Notes: generated from the letters alone by a model not told the origin. A stretch of DNA of 64,000 nt from an uncultured Nitrososphaerota archaeon (GCA_963703285.1 OY969807.1:1344001-1408000); one strand, 5' to 3'. Shown: positions 9,493 through 19,261, counted from the stretch's first letter. Numbers and translations are program-made.

Positions 9493-11258
9493 CAGGCCCT
9501 TATCTCCCTGACGAGTGCACCGAACTCTTGCTCGAGCTCTTCATCTATCCCATGGACGAAGGCCTCGAACTGGTCCTCCGGCGTCCACTTCATCTTCGAT
9601 ATCTTGGACTTCACTTGGAAGCTCGCTATCTGCGACGCCTGTGCCCCCGTCTTGATGGCCTCGGCCTCCCTCCTCCCGAAGGATAGTATGGTCTTCATCA
9701 TCAGGTACTGCTTCCTTATGGATGCGAAGGTGTCCACCGGGTCGTAGGCGCTCTGCTGAAGATAGTCCTCTCTGATCATCTTCGCAATGTCCATCACGCC
9801 CTTCTCGGACTCCGGGAGGGCGTCGTAGCCGACCAGCTGGACGATGTCCTGAAGCTCGGCCTCTTTCTGAAGAATCTCCAGTGCTTCGATTCGCATCTCA
9901 GGCCAGTCCTTTGCCACCGTCCGCTGGTACCAGCTCCTCAGGTCGCCTGTGTATAGTGAGTAGCTGGTCAGCCAGTTTATCGCAGGGAAGTGCCTGCGCG
10001 CCGCCAGACTCGCGTCGAGAGCCCAGAAGACCCTCGTCACGCGGAGCGTGTTCTGCGACACGGGTTCCGAGAAGTCGCCCCCCGGCGGCGAGACCGCGCC
10101 GACCACGGTCACCGTTCCGATGCGCTCCTGCGGTGAGAGCGCGACGACCTTCCCCGACCTCTCGTAGAACTCGGCAATCCTGCTGCCCAGATAGGCGGGG
10201 TAACCCTCCTCGCCGGGCATCTCCTCGAGCCTGCCCGAGATCTCCCTAAGCGCCTCCGCCCACCTCGAGGTGCTGTCGGCCATTAAGGCTACGTCGTAGC
10301 CCATGTCTCTGTAGTATTCCGCAATCGTGATTCCCGTGTAGATGCTCGCCTCCCTCGCGGCGACGGGCATGTTCGACGTGTTCGCGACGAGGACGGTCCG
10401 CTCCATGAGGGGCCTCTTCGACCGAGGGTCCTCGAGCTCGGGGAATGTCGAGAGGACTTCGGCCATCTCGTTGCCCCTCTCTCCGCACCCCACATAGACA
10501 ATCACCGCTGCGTCACTCCATTTGGCGAGCTGCTGCTGAGCGACCGTCTTACCGGAGCCGAAAGGACCCGGGATCGCTGCCGTTCCGCCCTTTGCGACCG
10601 GGAAGAACGTGTCGAAGACCCGCTGACCGGTAATGAGCGGCGTGTCTGGGGGGAGCTTCCGTGATATCGGCCTCGGCGTCCTGACCCTCCACCTGTTCGC
10701 AAGAAAGATGTCCACCTCTCTGTCAGCTGTCCTGACCCTCCCGACAGGCTCCCTGATGGTGAACTTCCCCTCCCTGAGCTCCAGGAGGACTCCGCTGATG
10801 CCGGGGGGTATCATGATCTTGTGGAGGACCGGTGGTGTCTCCTGGACTGTCCCGATTATCTCGCCGGGCGAGACGCTGTCCCCCTCGTTCTTCAGGGGGA
10901 CGAAGTCCCACTTCCTCTTCTCGTCCAGCGGGGGGATGACGAGCCCTCTGCTGATGAAGTCACCGCTCTCCTCCCTGAGGATGTTGAGGGGACGCTGGAT
11001 TCCATCGTAGATGGAGGTCAGAAGGCCGGGACCGAGCTCGACCGAGAGCGCCTGGCCGGTGTTGACCACCTTGTCTCCGGGTTTGACTCCAGTCGTGTCC
11101 TCGTAAATCTGAATGGTGGCGGTCCCTCCCTCAAGTTTGATGACTTCGCCGATCAGACCGAGATCTCCTACCCTCACCACGTCGAACATCTTCGCCCCCT
11201 CCGGACCGTCTGACGTTACGACAGGTCCGCTGACTCTGATTATCTTGGCTTCGTTCAT
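9492..11258 (-). CDS. atpA: A/V-type ATP synthase subunit A
   Basis: Walker [41 protein letters not shown]; no intein. Confidence 0.98.
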   Translation of the reverse strand: MNEAKIIRVSGPVVTSDGPEGAKMFDVVRVGDLGLIGEVIKLEGGTATIQIYEDTTGVKPGDKVVNTGQALSVELGPGLLTSIYDGIQRPLNILREESGDFISRGLVIPPLDEKRKWDFVPLKNEGDSVSPGEIIGTVQETPPVLHKIMIPPGISGVLLELREGKFTIREPVGRVRTADREVDIFLANRWRVRTPRPISRKLPPDTPLITGQRVFDTFFPVAKGGTAAIPGPFGSGKTVAQQQLAKWSDAAVIVYVGCGERGNEMAEVLSTFPELEDPRSKRPLMERTVLVANTSNMPVAAREASIYTGITIAEYYRDMGYDVALMADSTSRWAEALREISGRLEEMPGEEGYPAYLGSRIAEFYERSGKVVALSPQERIGTVTVVGAVSPPGGDFSEPVSQNTLRVTRVFWALDASLAARRHFPAINWLTSYSLYTGDLRSWYQRTVAKDWPEMRIEALEILQKEAELQDIVQLVGYDALPESEKGVMDIAKMIREDYLQQSAYDPVDTFASIRKQYLMMKTILSFGRREAEAIKTGAQASQIASFQVKSKISKMKWTPEDQFEAFVHGIDEELEQEFGALVREIRA

Positions 11259-11599
11259 CAGGCGCTCACCTTGAGGTCTACGCCGAGTATCCGTCTGGCG
11301 AGACTTGAAATCGACTCTTCTGAGACGTCAGAAGTCAGCGACGGCATGAAGACCACCAGCGGGATGATTGAGGACCTTAGCCTCTCCCTTGTCGTCGGCG
11401 AGAGCTCCTTCCTCGCCTCGTCCCCCACTATGATCAGGCTGTACTCGCCCGCGTTGAAGAGATCCAGAACGGTCTTCTGCGTCTCGCCCTTCGAGGCGAT
11501 GAACGCGTCCTGTACGCCGAGCAGACGGTAACCAAGAACTAGTTCCCTCTCCCCCACGACCGCAATCCTGCCGGTCTGTGTAGATGTTCTTGCGCTCAA
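11258..11599 (-). CDS. atpF: A/V-type ATP synthase subunit F
   Basis: [28 protein letters not shown]; operon position. Confidence 0.93.
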   Translation of the reverse strand: MSARTSTQTGRIAVVGERELVLGYRLLGVQDAFIASKGETQKTVLDLFNAGEYSLIIVGDEARKELSPTTRERLRSSIIPLVVFMPSLTSDVSEESISSLARRILGVDLKVSA

Positions 11600-11605
11600 T
11601 TCTGC

Positions 11606-12670
11606 TCAACCGGCCAAGATTACTGACCTAATGTATTCTTCGGTCATCCCGTACTGTTTTGCGTATGTTATTCTTCGGATGTTCTGGCGCTCTGTCTCCG
11701 CCTGGAAGATGAAGGCGAACACGGAAGTAAGGGACAACGCCAGGCTCCTGAGGTTGGGAAGCGAGCTGGCGACGATTAGTTTGTCGATGGCAACCTCGAA
11801 CTCTGTGAGGTCCTGGGTCTGGCGGTACCTCCCGAAGGCCGCAGACAGGTCGAACCACGGCTCGAACCTTTTGACGACTTCTCCGATCTCCGCCGAGGCG
11901 TACGCTTCCAGGAGACTGGCCTGGCTGACGAGCCCGCCGTCTATCAGGTGCCTTGAGACCGTCTCGCGGTCCAGGTTCAGCTCCTTCGACTTCAGGATGT
12001 TCAGCAGGTTCTTCTTTGCTATCTCAGCTCTGATGTACTCGCGGAGGACGCCTTCGTCGCCCTGGATGAATCTCAGCTGCCAAAGCAGCCTGGAATAGTA
12101 GTAGTTCTGCAGTGCGCCGGAGAAGACCCCGAGGTCTCCCGACTTTTTGAATTCGCCGAGCTGCTGGAGGAGGACCGCTCCGTACCCGTACTTCACAAGT
12201 GAGTTTATCACACCTTCGATGTCCGGTTGCTCGAGCATCGCACGCAGTTCGCTGAGAGGGATGACGTTGGTCGAGACGCCTCCGGGCAGGCTGCGGCGCG
12301 GGACCAGGAAGGCCTCAGCCTGCTCCCGGCTTCTCCCCACGCTCTTTGCCGCCAGCACGAGCTCAATGTTCTCGATGTCCCACTTCGCCAGGTAGGCAAC
12401 GAGGATGGTCTTGCCGGAGCTGGGGGTGACCTGGAGCGCAATCCGGTTCAGGTCCACGAAGTGGGCGTTAACCGCTATCTCAATCAGCTCCGGCGGCTTG
12501 TACACTGCAGCGGACTCCTCGATGTCGGCCTTGTACCACGTGTCCTCAAGGCGCTGGGCGATTTCCGCTACGTCCTTCGCTCTCGCGAGCTCGTAGAGCT
12601 TCTCGTTAGTAAGGAAGTCGACCGACATCGCCTTCAGTCTTCCGAAGGCGGCGGCGTAGGATTGCTTCAT
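11606..12670 (-). CDS. atpC: A/V-type ATP synthase subunit C
   Basis: YAAAFGRLKAM, KWDIENI, ETERQNIRRI; 354 aa. Confidence 0.92.
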   Translation of the reverse strand: MKQSYAAAFGRLKAMSVDFLTNEKLYELARAKDVAEIAQRLEDTWYKADIEESAAVYKPPELIEIAVNAHFVDLNRIALQVTPSSGKTILVAYLAKWDIENIELVLAAKSVGRSREQAEAFLVPRRSLPGGVSTNVIPLSELRAMLEQPDIEGVINSLVKYGYGAVLLQQLGEFKKSGDLGVFSGALQNYYYSRLLWQLRFIQGDEGVLREYIRAEIAKKNLLNILKSKELNLDRETVSRHLIDGGLVSQASLLEAYASAEIGEVVKRFEPWFDLSAAFGRYRQTQDLTEFEVAIDKLIVASSLPNLRSLALSLTSVFAFIFQAETERQNIRRITYAKQYGMTEEYIRSVILAG

Positions 12671-12680
12671 CCCTGCCCAC

Positions 12681-13238
12681 CTACTCCTTGCCGATTATCG
12701 ATGCGCGTACTTGGTCTTCGTGGGTGCGGAGCATCTCTTCGAAGGTGAGGTCCAGCTCGAAGTCGCCGTCCTCGCTCACTGCCTTGAAACCACCAATCGT
12801 TGGCAGGTCTGCCGAGAGCACCACGGCCCCGGCCGTCTTGATGGCCTGTACGTCTGCCGCCCGGCATCTCACGCCGATGTTTCCCCCGAGTCGCTTTGAG
12901 GCGTACCGGACCATCCGCGGGAGGACTTGGGAGTACTCTTCCGAATCGGCAAACTCGCCCAGTACCTGCCTGAGTGCCGAGATGTTGGCCTCAAGCATCC
13001 TCTCCGTCGCGTCGAAACCCATCTTCTTGGCCTGAAGCCTGGCGGCTCCTGCTACTCGCGTCTGCTCCCTTTGCGACAGTGCGGCGGCCTCTGTGCTGGC
13101 GGCTTCCAAGATGTGGGTCCTTTCGTCCTGTGTCCTCTTCTGAACCTCGGCCATCTTGGCCGCGTACTCATCCTCGAGTTGTTTGAGAGCTGTCTTCCGT
13201 TTCTCCTCTACTTCCTTCAGTAAGGTCTCGGCGCCCAC
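12681..13238 (-). CDS. atpE: A/V-type ATP synthase subunit E
   Basis: N-terminal coiled coil; TIGGFKAVSEDG...DLTFE. Confidence 0.9.
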   Translation of the reverse strand: MGAETLLKEVEEKRKTALKQLEDEYAAKMAEVQKRTQDERTHILEAASTEAAALSQREQTRVAGAARLQAKKMGFDATERMLEANISALRQVLGEFADSEEYSQVLPRMVRYASKRLGGNIGVRCRAADVQAIKTAGAVVLSADLPTIGGFKAVSEDGDFELDLTFEEMLRTHEDQVRASIIGKE

Positions 13239-13256
13239 AAGCTACCAGCCCGTCCC

Positions 13257-13481
13257 TTACAGGATGTTGAGGAGCAGGATGACACCCAAGACGAACCCGA
13301 TAATCCAGAGCGTCTCGGGGATGACGAAGAAGAACAGAACTTGGCCGAACTTCTCTGGCTTCTCACCGATGATGCCCATTCCCGCGGCTCCCATTCCGTG
13401 CTGAGCAATGCCAGTGGCTATCAGCCCTGCTGACATCACCATCGCGGCTGCCAAAGCGAGATTCGTGTCGACTACTGCCAT
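13257..13481 (-). CDS. atpK: A/V-type ATP synthase proteolipid subunit K (c), single hairpin
   Basis: 74 aa, two TM helices, AQ..G..G..G, EKPE, IPETL carboxylate. Confidence 0.95.
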   Translation of the reverse strand: MAVVDTNLALAAAMVMSAGLIATGIAQHGMGAAGMGIIGEKPEKFGQVLFFFVIPETLWIIGFVLGVILLLNIL

Positions 13482-13510
13482 CTTTAGGGTCGCGCGATTC
13501 CCCGAAGTAC

Positions 13511-13520
13511 CATATTTATG
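13511..13520 (-). promoter_or_regulatory. TATA box of the ATPase operon
   Basis: Minus-strand CATAAATATG ~30 nt upstream of the atpK ATG. Confidence 0.55.
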
Positions 13521-13608
13521 CGTATCCCCGAAGGGTTCTGCTAACTCGGTTAGGATGCAAGCATAGTGTTATATACCACGTATAGCGTAGGTATATCAGA
13601 GAGAAAAC

Positions 13609-14484
13609 ATGACCTGCAAGTTCTGCGGAAGCGACAAGACTATTAAGAACGGGCAAGCAAGAGGAAAGCAGCTCTACAGATGTAAGGATTGCAGACACCA
13701 GTATCTGGACAATGGAGCTTTTGCGGGGATGAGGACAAAGAGCGAAGTAGTCGCATGTGCGCTCAATCTCTATTATGACGGGTTGTCAACTTGGAAGATT
13801 TCTGGCCAGATAGCCAAGATATTCAAGGTCGATGTCAGCGCGGTGGCCGTGTGGAAGTGGGTTATGCGCTACTCGGAACTCGTGAGCGACTACTGTTCAA
13901 CCTTGCAGCCGAACTTGAGCGGTAAGTATCACCATGACGAGACGCAGTTCAAGGTAGGAGGGGAAGAGAAATACTTCTGGGAGACCATCGATGAGGACAC
14001 GCGGTTCTTGGTGGCTCACCTCTTGGGCCAGACAAGGACAGCCGAAGATGCGAAGAAAGTTTTCCAGATGGCTCTTGAGAAGCAGAGGCCAACCGCCCTA
14101 TTCACAGATGGCTCGTTCGCTTATGATGATGCATTCAACAAGGTCTTCTACACCAGATACAAGGCGAATCAGGTAGAGTGGGTCAGACGGGTAGGAATCA
14201 AAGCAAGAGAAACCAATAATATAATCGAACGGAAGCATGGGACGCTCAAGGACCGCTTGAGGCCGGCGAGGGGTCTCAAGCACAATGATACCGCCAAGAA
14301 GTGGCTTGACGGGTATGTTGTGAACTACAACTTCGTAAAGCCTCACATCGCTTTGAAGGGCAAGACACCAGCCCAGGCGGCAGGGATAGAGACGAAAGCG
14401 GATTGGGGTGAACTGATTCAAGATGCAACCAAAGCGAGGACAAATCAAGAAATCAAGGTTCCAATGGAGGTAGCAGCGAGATGA
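13609..14484 (+). CDS. IS6-family DDE transposase
   Basis: N-term CKFC..YRCKDC Zn finger, HTH, HHDET / IDEDTRF / FTDG / NNIIERKH DDE residues, YNFVKPH. Confidence 0.9.
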   Translation: MTCKFCGSDKTIKNGQARGKQLYRCKDCRHQYLDNGAFAGMRTKSEVVACALNLYYDGLSTWKISGQIAKIFKVDVSAVAVWKWVMRYSELVSDYCSTLQPNLSGKYHHDETQFKVGGEEKYFWETIDEDTRFLVAHLLGQTRTAEDAKKVFQMALEKQRPTALFTDGSFAYDDAFNKVFYTRYKANQVEWVRRVGIKARETNNIIERKHGTLKDRLRPARGLKHNDTAKKWLDGYVVNYNFVKPHIALKGKTPAQAAGIETKADWGELIQDATKARTNQEIKVPMEVAAR

Positions 14485-14786
14485 AGCGGGCACTCGTTAG
14501 CCTACCCGATGAGTTATTCGACTTGATGAGGACAAAACTAAAGGGAAAGTTCGGCCAGAACGACAGCGAAATCATACGTGGAATCGTGATTGCGTACCTC
14601 TCAGAGCAAGGATACCTAAAGAACCCCGAGCGATCAGATGAGGTTGACATTCAAGGCGAAATGATAGGTGCGGTCGTAGATACTTTGGAAGAAAAACATC
14701 TCGCTTCTCCTAAGGAGATTGACGAGAGGGTTAGGGCAAGATTGAAAGAGCGGAAGAAACTAACGAAGTTGGAGGAGCTGAAGTAA
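14481..14786 (+). CDS. Ribbon-helix-helix (CopG-like) regulator with C-terminal extension
   Basis: MKRALVSLPDELF...DSEIIR RHH pattern; ATGA overlap with the transposase stop. Confidence 0.75.
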   Translation: MKRALVSLPDELFDLMRTKLKGKFGQNDSEIIRGIVIAYLSEQGYLKNPERSDEVDIQGEMIGAVVDTLEEKHLASPKEIDERVRARLKERKKLTKLEELK

Positions 14787-14787
14787 A

Positions 14788-15456
14788 ATGCCGAGCCTGA
14801 TAATTCAGAGTGCGACCATCTCAGTAACAATCACAATTCAGAATTGGCTACCAGACAATCATGGCCCTCTTTTCGACAACTTCGCAAAGAAGGGTTTCAT
14901 CATTCAACAGCCGACGGCCATCCAACTACTTCAGGGCCAGATGGTACCATACTCTCAAAAGGGAACGACCTCATCGGTAATTGTTGATAATGCCGCCAGA
15001 CGTGTAATAGCAACAATCACCAATGAACTCACCGACCCAAGCAAGAACATCGAAGACATTCTTGGAGTCATGAATCTCACTGGCTTCCCGAACGAATCTA
15101 TCGAGAGAATAGACGTCGTAGCTAACGTTACGATGAAAATCGAGGGTGATGAAAAGGCATCAGCCTTCGTTCCCAAGGTCGTCAACGATAAATTCGTCAA
15201 GAGCGCCGAAAAGACCTTTGAGAGGAGCGTAATAGCGACAGGAATGGCTCTCCGTTCTGTTGAACCGTTCACTGGGAGCCTCTCAAAATCTCCATTTTTC
15301 GTCCTAATCCAACCACCCCTCAACGATGAAAGCGACACACGATTCAACATCCAAACAATCCAAAGCAGCAACGACGCTCAGAATGTGGTCCAGTTCACAA
15401 GAACCCTGTTCGAAAGGCTGAAAACCCTTATTTCTCACTTCTTACCACAGGTTTAG
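14788..15456 (+). CDS. Hypothetical passenger protein (222 aa, alpha/beta)
   Basis: Clean ORF starting 1 nt after the RHH stop; no family motif recognised with confidence. Confidence 0.75.
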   Translation: MPSLIIQSATISVTITIQNWLPDNHGPLFDNFAKKGFIIQQPTAIQLLQGQMVPYSQKGTTSSVIVDNAARRVIATITNELTDPSKNIEDILGVMNLTGFPNESIERIDVVANVTMKIEGDEKASAFVPKVVNDKFVKSAEKTFERSVIATGMALRSVEPFTGSLSKSPFFVLIQPPLNDESDTRFNIQTIQSSNDAQNVVQFTRTLFERLKTLISHFLPQV

Positions 15457-15465
15457 TGACCATCC

Positions 15466-15846
15466 ATGTCAAATTTCGTGAAACAACAAATCCCCAATAA
15501 GGGAATCGATACTCCACCAAATGACACGCTCAGGGACTACCTCACTACGAGTCTTGCCTTATTCGACGCGCTATCCAAAGTCCAGGTTCTTGATACACGG
15601 ATGTTGATACCAAGAGAGAGTCCCACCTTTGCCTTGCAGTATGACCCTGCCCAAGACTTCAAGTGGTTCGCCTCGGGCGAAGTTGACACATCGAGCTACA
15701 AGGGGCAGTACATCGCCATCTGGATGAAACGGATTGTCGGTAGTGGAGCGACTGCCGTGGAAGCTGAGCGAGTAGCAAAAGCCCATTACGAGGATAGCAG
15801 GCCCGCCGTGGTCTACATTCCAGAGGATGAGGACGCTATTCTCTGA
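15466..15846 (+). CDS. DUF5678-like protein
   Basis: C-terminal YKGQYIAIWMKRIVGSG...EA...A...VYIP matches the DUF5678 pattern. Confidence 0.7.
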   Translation: MSNFVKQQIPNKGIDTPPNDTLRDYLTTSLALFDALSKVQVLDTRMLIPRESPTFALQYDPAQDFKWFASGEVDTSSYKGQYIAIWMKRIVGSGATAVEAERVAKAHYEDSRPAVVYIPEDEDAIL

Positions 15847-16252
15847 GGAAAGAGGTTCGTTGGGCCTTCCCGCTCAAGCAGACCCGAAAGCCATCAAACA
15901 CATCGATTCGACCGAGTAACTGCTTATGATTCGGGCCTTCAGTAAAGGCGACTTTGGCTCGAATCTCCTCCTTTCCTATCCTCATCTCGACTTCATGAAC
16001 ATATGCTAAGCACTTGCCTCCGAGTACGCCTCGGAGGGTGACGGGTCGTCCTTTCTCCAATTCAATCCCCAATCTTTCGGAATCGCTTTCGTTGAAGACT
16101 GTTATGGGGGAGCCGCTATCCACCTCGGCGTAGAACGGTTTCCACTCTCCATCATTCACTTTTATCTCCAACAAAGCCATCGGCCTTGTGATGTTACCAA
16201 ACGCAGATTTCCCTTCAACGGGCTTCCACTCGAAAGCGGATTCCTGAGACAT
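15836..16252 (-). CDS. Retropepsin-like (clan AA) aspartic protease
   Basis: RPMA..., AEVDSGSPITV catalytic D-S-G, QLLGRIDVF; own AGGAG and TATA-like sequence inside the right end. Confidence 0.85.
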   Translation of the reverse strand: MSQESAFEWKPVEGKSAFGNITRPMALLEIKVNDGEWKPFYAEVDSGSPITVFNESDSERLGIELEKGRPVTLRGVLGGKCLAYVHEVEMRIGKEEIRAKVAFTEGPNHKQLLGRIDVFDGFRVCLSGKAQRTSFLRE

Positions 16253-16335
16253 CTGATACTCCTAAGATATACTTGATAGTTAAGCCTTCTTTTGCATCCT
16301 AACCGAGTTAGCAGAACCCCCCGAAGCGAGGGGTT

Positions 16336-17646
16336 TCACTTCCCGGAGTCGGAGACGGCACGCAGTTTCGACAGCCTCGACGTCATGAGCGCGGCGACGC
16401 CGAGGAGGGCTCCGGCGAGGACGAAGGTGAAGTGGAAGCCGAGATAGTACGAGACCGCGCCCGAGACTATCGAGCCGACCGTTGTTGAGATCCCGACTAT
16501 GGCGCTGTACACGCCGAGCGTCGAGCCCTGCCTGTTGCCCTTGATCGAGTCGAAGATCATCACGTTGGAGGCCGTGTAGTAGACCGCGTAGGCGATCCCG
16601 CTCGATATCGGGTACAGAATCAGGGCGGGGATGATGAAGCGCGCCCCGCCGATGAGCAGGGAGGCGACACCCAGGGCTGCGTAGCTCGCCCCCCTGATGA
16701 CGAGTCCCTGGACGGCCACCCCGCTCAGGGACCGGCTGACCACGTACCGCCCCGCGTACTGGAAGGTCAGGACCTGCGCGACCATCGCCACGACGTTGAC
16801 GAGGTACACCTCGCTCTGGGTCAGCGAGTGGGAGAAGAGCGCCGGGACGAACGAGGTGTTGAAGACGCCGCTGGACAGGTAGAAGAGGACTATCGAGAGG
16901 TAGAGGAGGGGCACGTAGCTCGTGAGCTCGTTCCTGAGCCCCTCGAAGATCCTCTGGAAATCGTAGCGCCGGGGGATGCTCAGGAAGATGAGCGGCGATG
17001 ACCGGAGCCGCTGGAGGAACCCCGTCCTCTGCATGACCACGACCTCCTTCTCGAAGACGAACCCCGGCTCCTTGATGAGAAGCTGAGCCGACGCGGCCGA
17101 GATTAGCGAGAGCAGACCCAGCGGGATCAAGAGCCAGACCGTGTACCCCGGGAGCGCCTGTACCCAGAGGGCGCTGAGGACGTAGCCGAGGATCGTCCCG
17201 ATGCTGGCGACGAGCGAGAGCCTCGCGAAGCCGGTCGCCCACCTGTTCTTCGTCTCCGTCTCCATGATGAGGAGGTTCAGGGGGGTGGCCGAGGCCGAGG
17301 AGATGAACGAGACGAGGGCGTAGACGAAGATGACCGAAGAGGTCGAGGCCGCGAAGAAGAACGAGAAGAGGAAGATCGTCGTGATGGCGTAGCTCGTCAC
17401 GACGATCAGCTTGCGGCGGTGGAGCCTGTCCGTCGCCAGCCCCCAGATTATCGAGGCGGGTATGCTCACCGCGTTGAAGAGCAGCGTTGCCAGCGTGACG
17501 TAGATCAGCCCCTCCTGGGCCCCGTTCGTCTGCAGGAGGTACAGCTGGACGTAGATCCCGATCGGCCCGAGGGCTACGTTGATCGGGAGGGTCGAGTAGA
17601 CCCAGTCGATTCGCTTGCGGTGCGCGCCGTTCTCTCTGTGGGACAA
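16336..17646 (-). CDS. MFS transporter
   Basis: 436 aa, ~12 TM; WGLATDRLHRRK motif A. Confidence 0.88.
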   Translation of the reverse strand: MSHRENGAHRKRIDWVYSTLPINVALGPIGIYVQLYLLQTNGAQEGLIYVTLATLLFNAVSIPASIIWGLATDRLHRRKLIVVTSYAITTIFLFSFFFAASTSSVIFVYALVSFISSASATPLNLLIMETETKNRWATGFARLSLVASIGTILGYVLSALWVQALPGYTVWLLIPLGLLSLISAASAQLLIKEPGFVFEKEVVVMQRTGFLQRLRSSPLIFLSIPRRYDFQRIFEGLRNELTSYVPLLYLSIVLFYLSSGVFNTSFVPALFSHSLTQSEVYLVNVVAMVAQVLTFQYAGRYVVSRSLSGVAVQGLVIRGASYAALGVASLLIGGARFIIPALILYPISSGIAYAVYYTASNVMIFDSIKGNRQGSTLGVYSAIVGISTTVGSIVSGAVSYYLGFHFTFVLAGALLGVAALMTSRLSKLRAVSDSGK

Positions 17647-17740
17647 TGGGCGAATACGACCTTTTCCTCTCGGGCTGGGTACGGTCGGAGGGGAAGGTCA
17701 TAAAGACATGTACCGCGCACCCGCGGACGTCTGAGAGAGC

Positions 17741-18124
17741 TTGGCCTCGACTAGCGGTTTCATGCTCGGTATCATAGGCGGTCTGCTCGACTTCGCCTCG
17801 GCGACGACCATCGCCCTGAATCAGGGCGGGATGTCGAGCTCCCCCATGGTCTCTGGGGACGCTTGGGCGGCCGTCCTCGCAATTCTGGGAGTGGTGGTCG
17901 TTTCGGCCGCGGTGCTCTCGGTCACGATGACCGGCGTGGGCCACCTCAAGGGCTTCTCCCTGCTGATGGTCGCCTTCGGCCTCCTGATGGCGGTTGTTGG
18001 GAGCCTGATGTCAGCCGGGACGATCGAGGGGTCGTCGGTGATATTCAGCTACGGGATGGTGTTGGTGGGGGCCCTGATGGCGGTCGACGGCGTCATGATG
18101 CTAAGGAACCCGATGCCGATCTAG
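17741..18124 (+). CDS. Hypothetical 4-TM membrane protein
   Basis: Hydrophobic 127-aa ORF, host-like codon usage, TATA-like CATAAA ~40 nt upstream. Confidence 0.65.
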   Translation: MASTSGFMLGIIGGLLDFASATTIALNQGGMSSSPMVSGDAWAAVLAILGVVVVSAAVLSVTMTGVGHLKGFSLLMVAFGLLMAVVGSLMSAGTIEGSSVIFSYGMVLVGALMAVDGVMMLRNPMPI

Positions 18125-18139
18125 GCAAGCACGATAGCT

Positions 18140-18427
18140 CTAGTGTCGGGCTGAGGGAACGTCTTTGTCCACTAGCTCCTTGAAGAGGTACATCGACGCG
18201 AAGACCAGCACGATGACTATGGCGATGTAGATCGGGACGAAGAAGATCGTCGACTGGACCGGCAGAGTGGCCTCGTTCGCAGGGGCCAAGGCCGCCAGGG
18301 CGAACGCTAGCAGGATCAGCGCTGAAGCAATCGGTACGCCGATGTGGACAATCGGCGGGAGCGCGGGGGAACCGGATGCCTGAGGCTGGCTCGGCTTCCC
18401 TTCGGTTTCGGTCACGTCTCGTCCCAT
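18140..18427 (-). CDS. Hypothetical 2-TM membrane protein
   Basis: 95 aa with two hydrophobic helices. Confidence 0.6.
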   Translation of the reverse strand: MGRDVTETEGKPSQPQASGSPALPPIVHIGVPIASALILLAFALAALAPANEATLPVQSTIFFVPIYIAIVIVLVFASMYLFKELVDKDVPSARH

Positions 18428-18468
18428 AGTCCCGGAGGTATTTCACGTTTGCTCTCGGCCCGGAAGCT

Positions 18469-18801
18469 TCAAGTCGTCAGGCGCAGTATCGCCTTGGCGA
18501 CCTCTCCGTCTGACTGCTCCAGGGCGGCGACGGCCTTCTCTCTCGAGACGTCGGCCTGCTGCTGGACGAGCAGGATGTCCTCCTCAGAGAACTTCTGCCT
18601 CTCCCTCTCCACCTCCTCGACGTCGCCCATGACCTGGAAGATGCGGCTGCCCTGGGCGTTCACCTCGGAGACCTGGGCGCCGGTGATGTGTATCTCCTTC
18701 GAGGAGGTCTTGATTACCACCTCCTCTACGTCGGCGATCTCCTTCATGTTGATCCCCATGCGGTCCATCATCCGCCGGGTCTTCCTATCGTCCAGCTTCA
18801 T
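18469..18801 (-). CDS. nac: Nascent polypeptide-associated complex protein (archaeal NAC)
   Basis: RRMMDRMGI, VEEVVIK, C-terminal UBA-like EEDILLVQQQA..ALEQSDGEVAKAIL. Confidence 0.93.
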   Translation of the reverse strand: MKLDDRKTRRMMDRMGINMKEIADVEEVVIKTSSKEIHITGAQVSEVNAQGSRIFQVMGDVEEVERERQKFSEEDILLVQQQADVSREKAVAALEQSDGEVAKAILRLTT

Positions 18802-19261
18802 TCGTGAGCACTCCGGACCTTGACCGCCACCCCCGCCTTAAACTCTCTCATGTAGGCGCCGGGCAGCCTGGCCCGGCCCACGGCGATCGGACGTCCGTGG
18901 ACGTCGAGGACGACGACCTCTCCCCCGCGGGGACGTGCCTCCCCACCTTCACGACGAACTTGCAGAAGACCGACTTCCCAGCGCGGACGAACTCGTCGGC
19001 TCCCTCGCTCACGGTCACGGAGTTCTGAATGAACGCCTTCGAGGAGGCGAGGACCTTGGCCCCGTGCATCGAGGGCGCTATGGCACCGTTGGGCCTTATC
19101 ACGGCGAAGAGCTTCCCTTCGTGCATGACCTGCCTCAGCCTGTCCGACCTGCGCGAGTAGAGGTACTCGAGACCGCTGCGGGGGAGCGCTCCGCTCGTCC
19201 CCCTCCCGAACTCGTAGTCGAGCATCGTGGCGAACCTCCTCCGCTCGTCCGGGAGCCTCAA
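18798..19261 (-). CDS. PUA-domain protein (archaeosine TGT C-terminal-like); frameshift in C/G run near 18925
   Basis: LDYEFGRG..SRRSDRLRQV..GKSVFCKFV then frame change to EVVVLD..IAVGRA..GVAVKVR; TTG start at 19261. Confidence 0.78.

Larger units (their letters stand above)
13534..16318. mobile_element. IS6-family transposon with passenger genes (2785 bp)
   Basis: Perfect 27-bp TIRs GGTTCTGCTAACTCGGTTAGGATGCAA (13534-13560; 16292-16318); 8-bp TSD CCCCGAAG (13526-13533; 16319-16326); clearly lower GC than flanks; encodes a DDE transposase. Confidence 0.95.

Noticed and set aside
16280-17944. 554-aa minus-strand ORF
   Set aside because: Arg/Pro-rich alternative frame over the MFS gene, and it reads through the transposon TIR.
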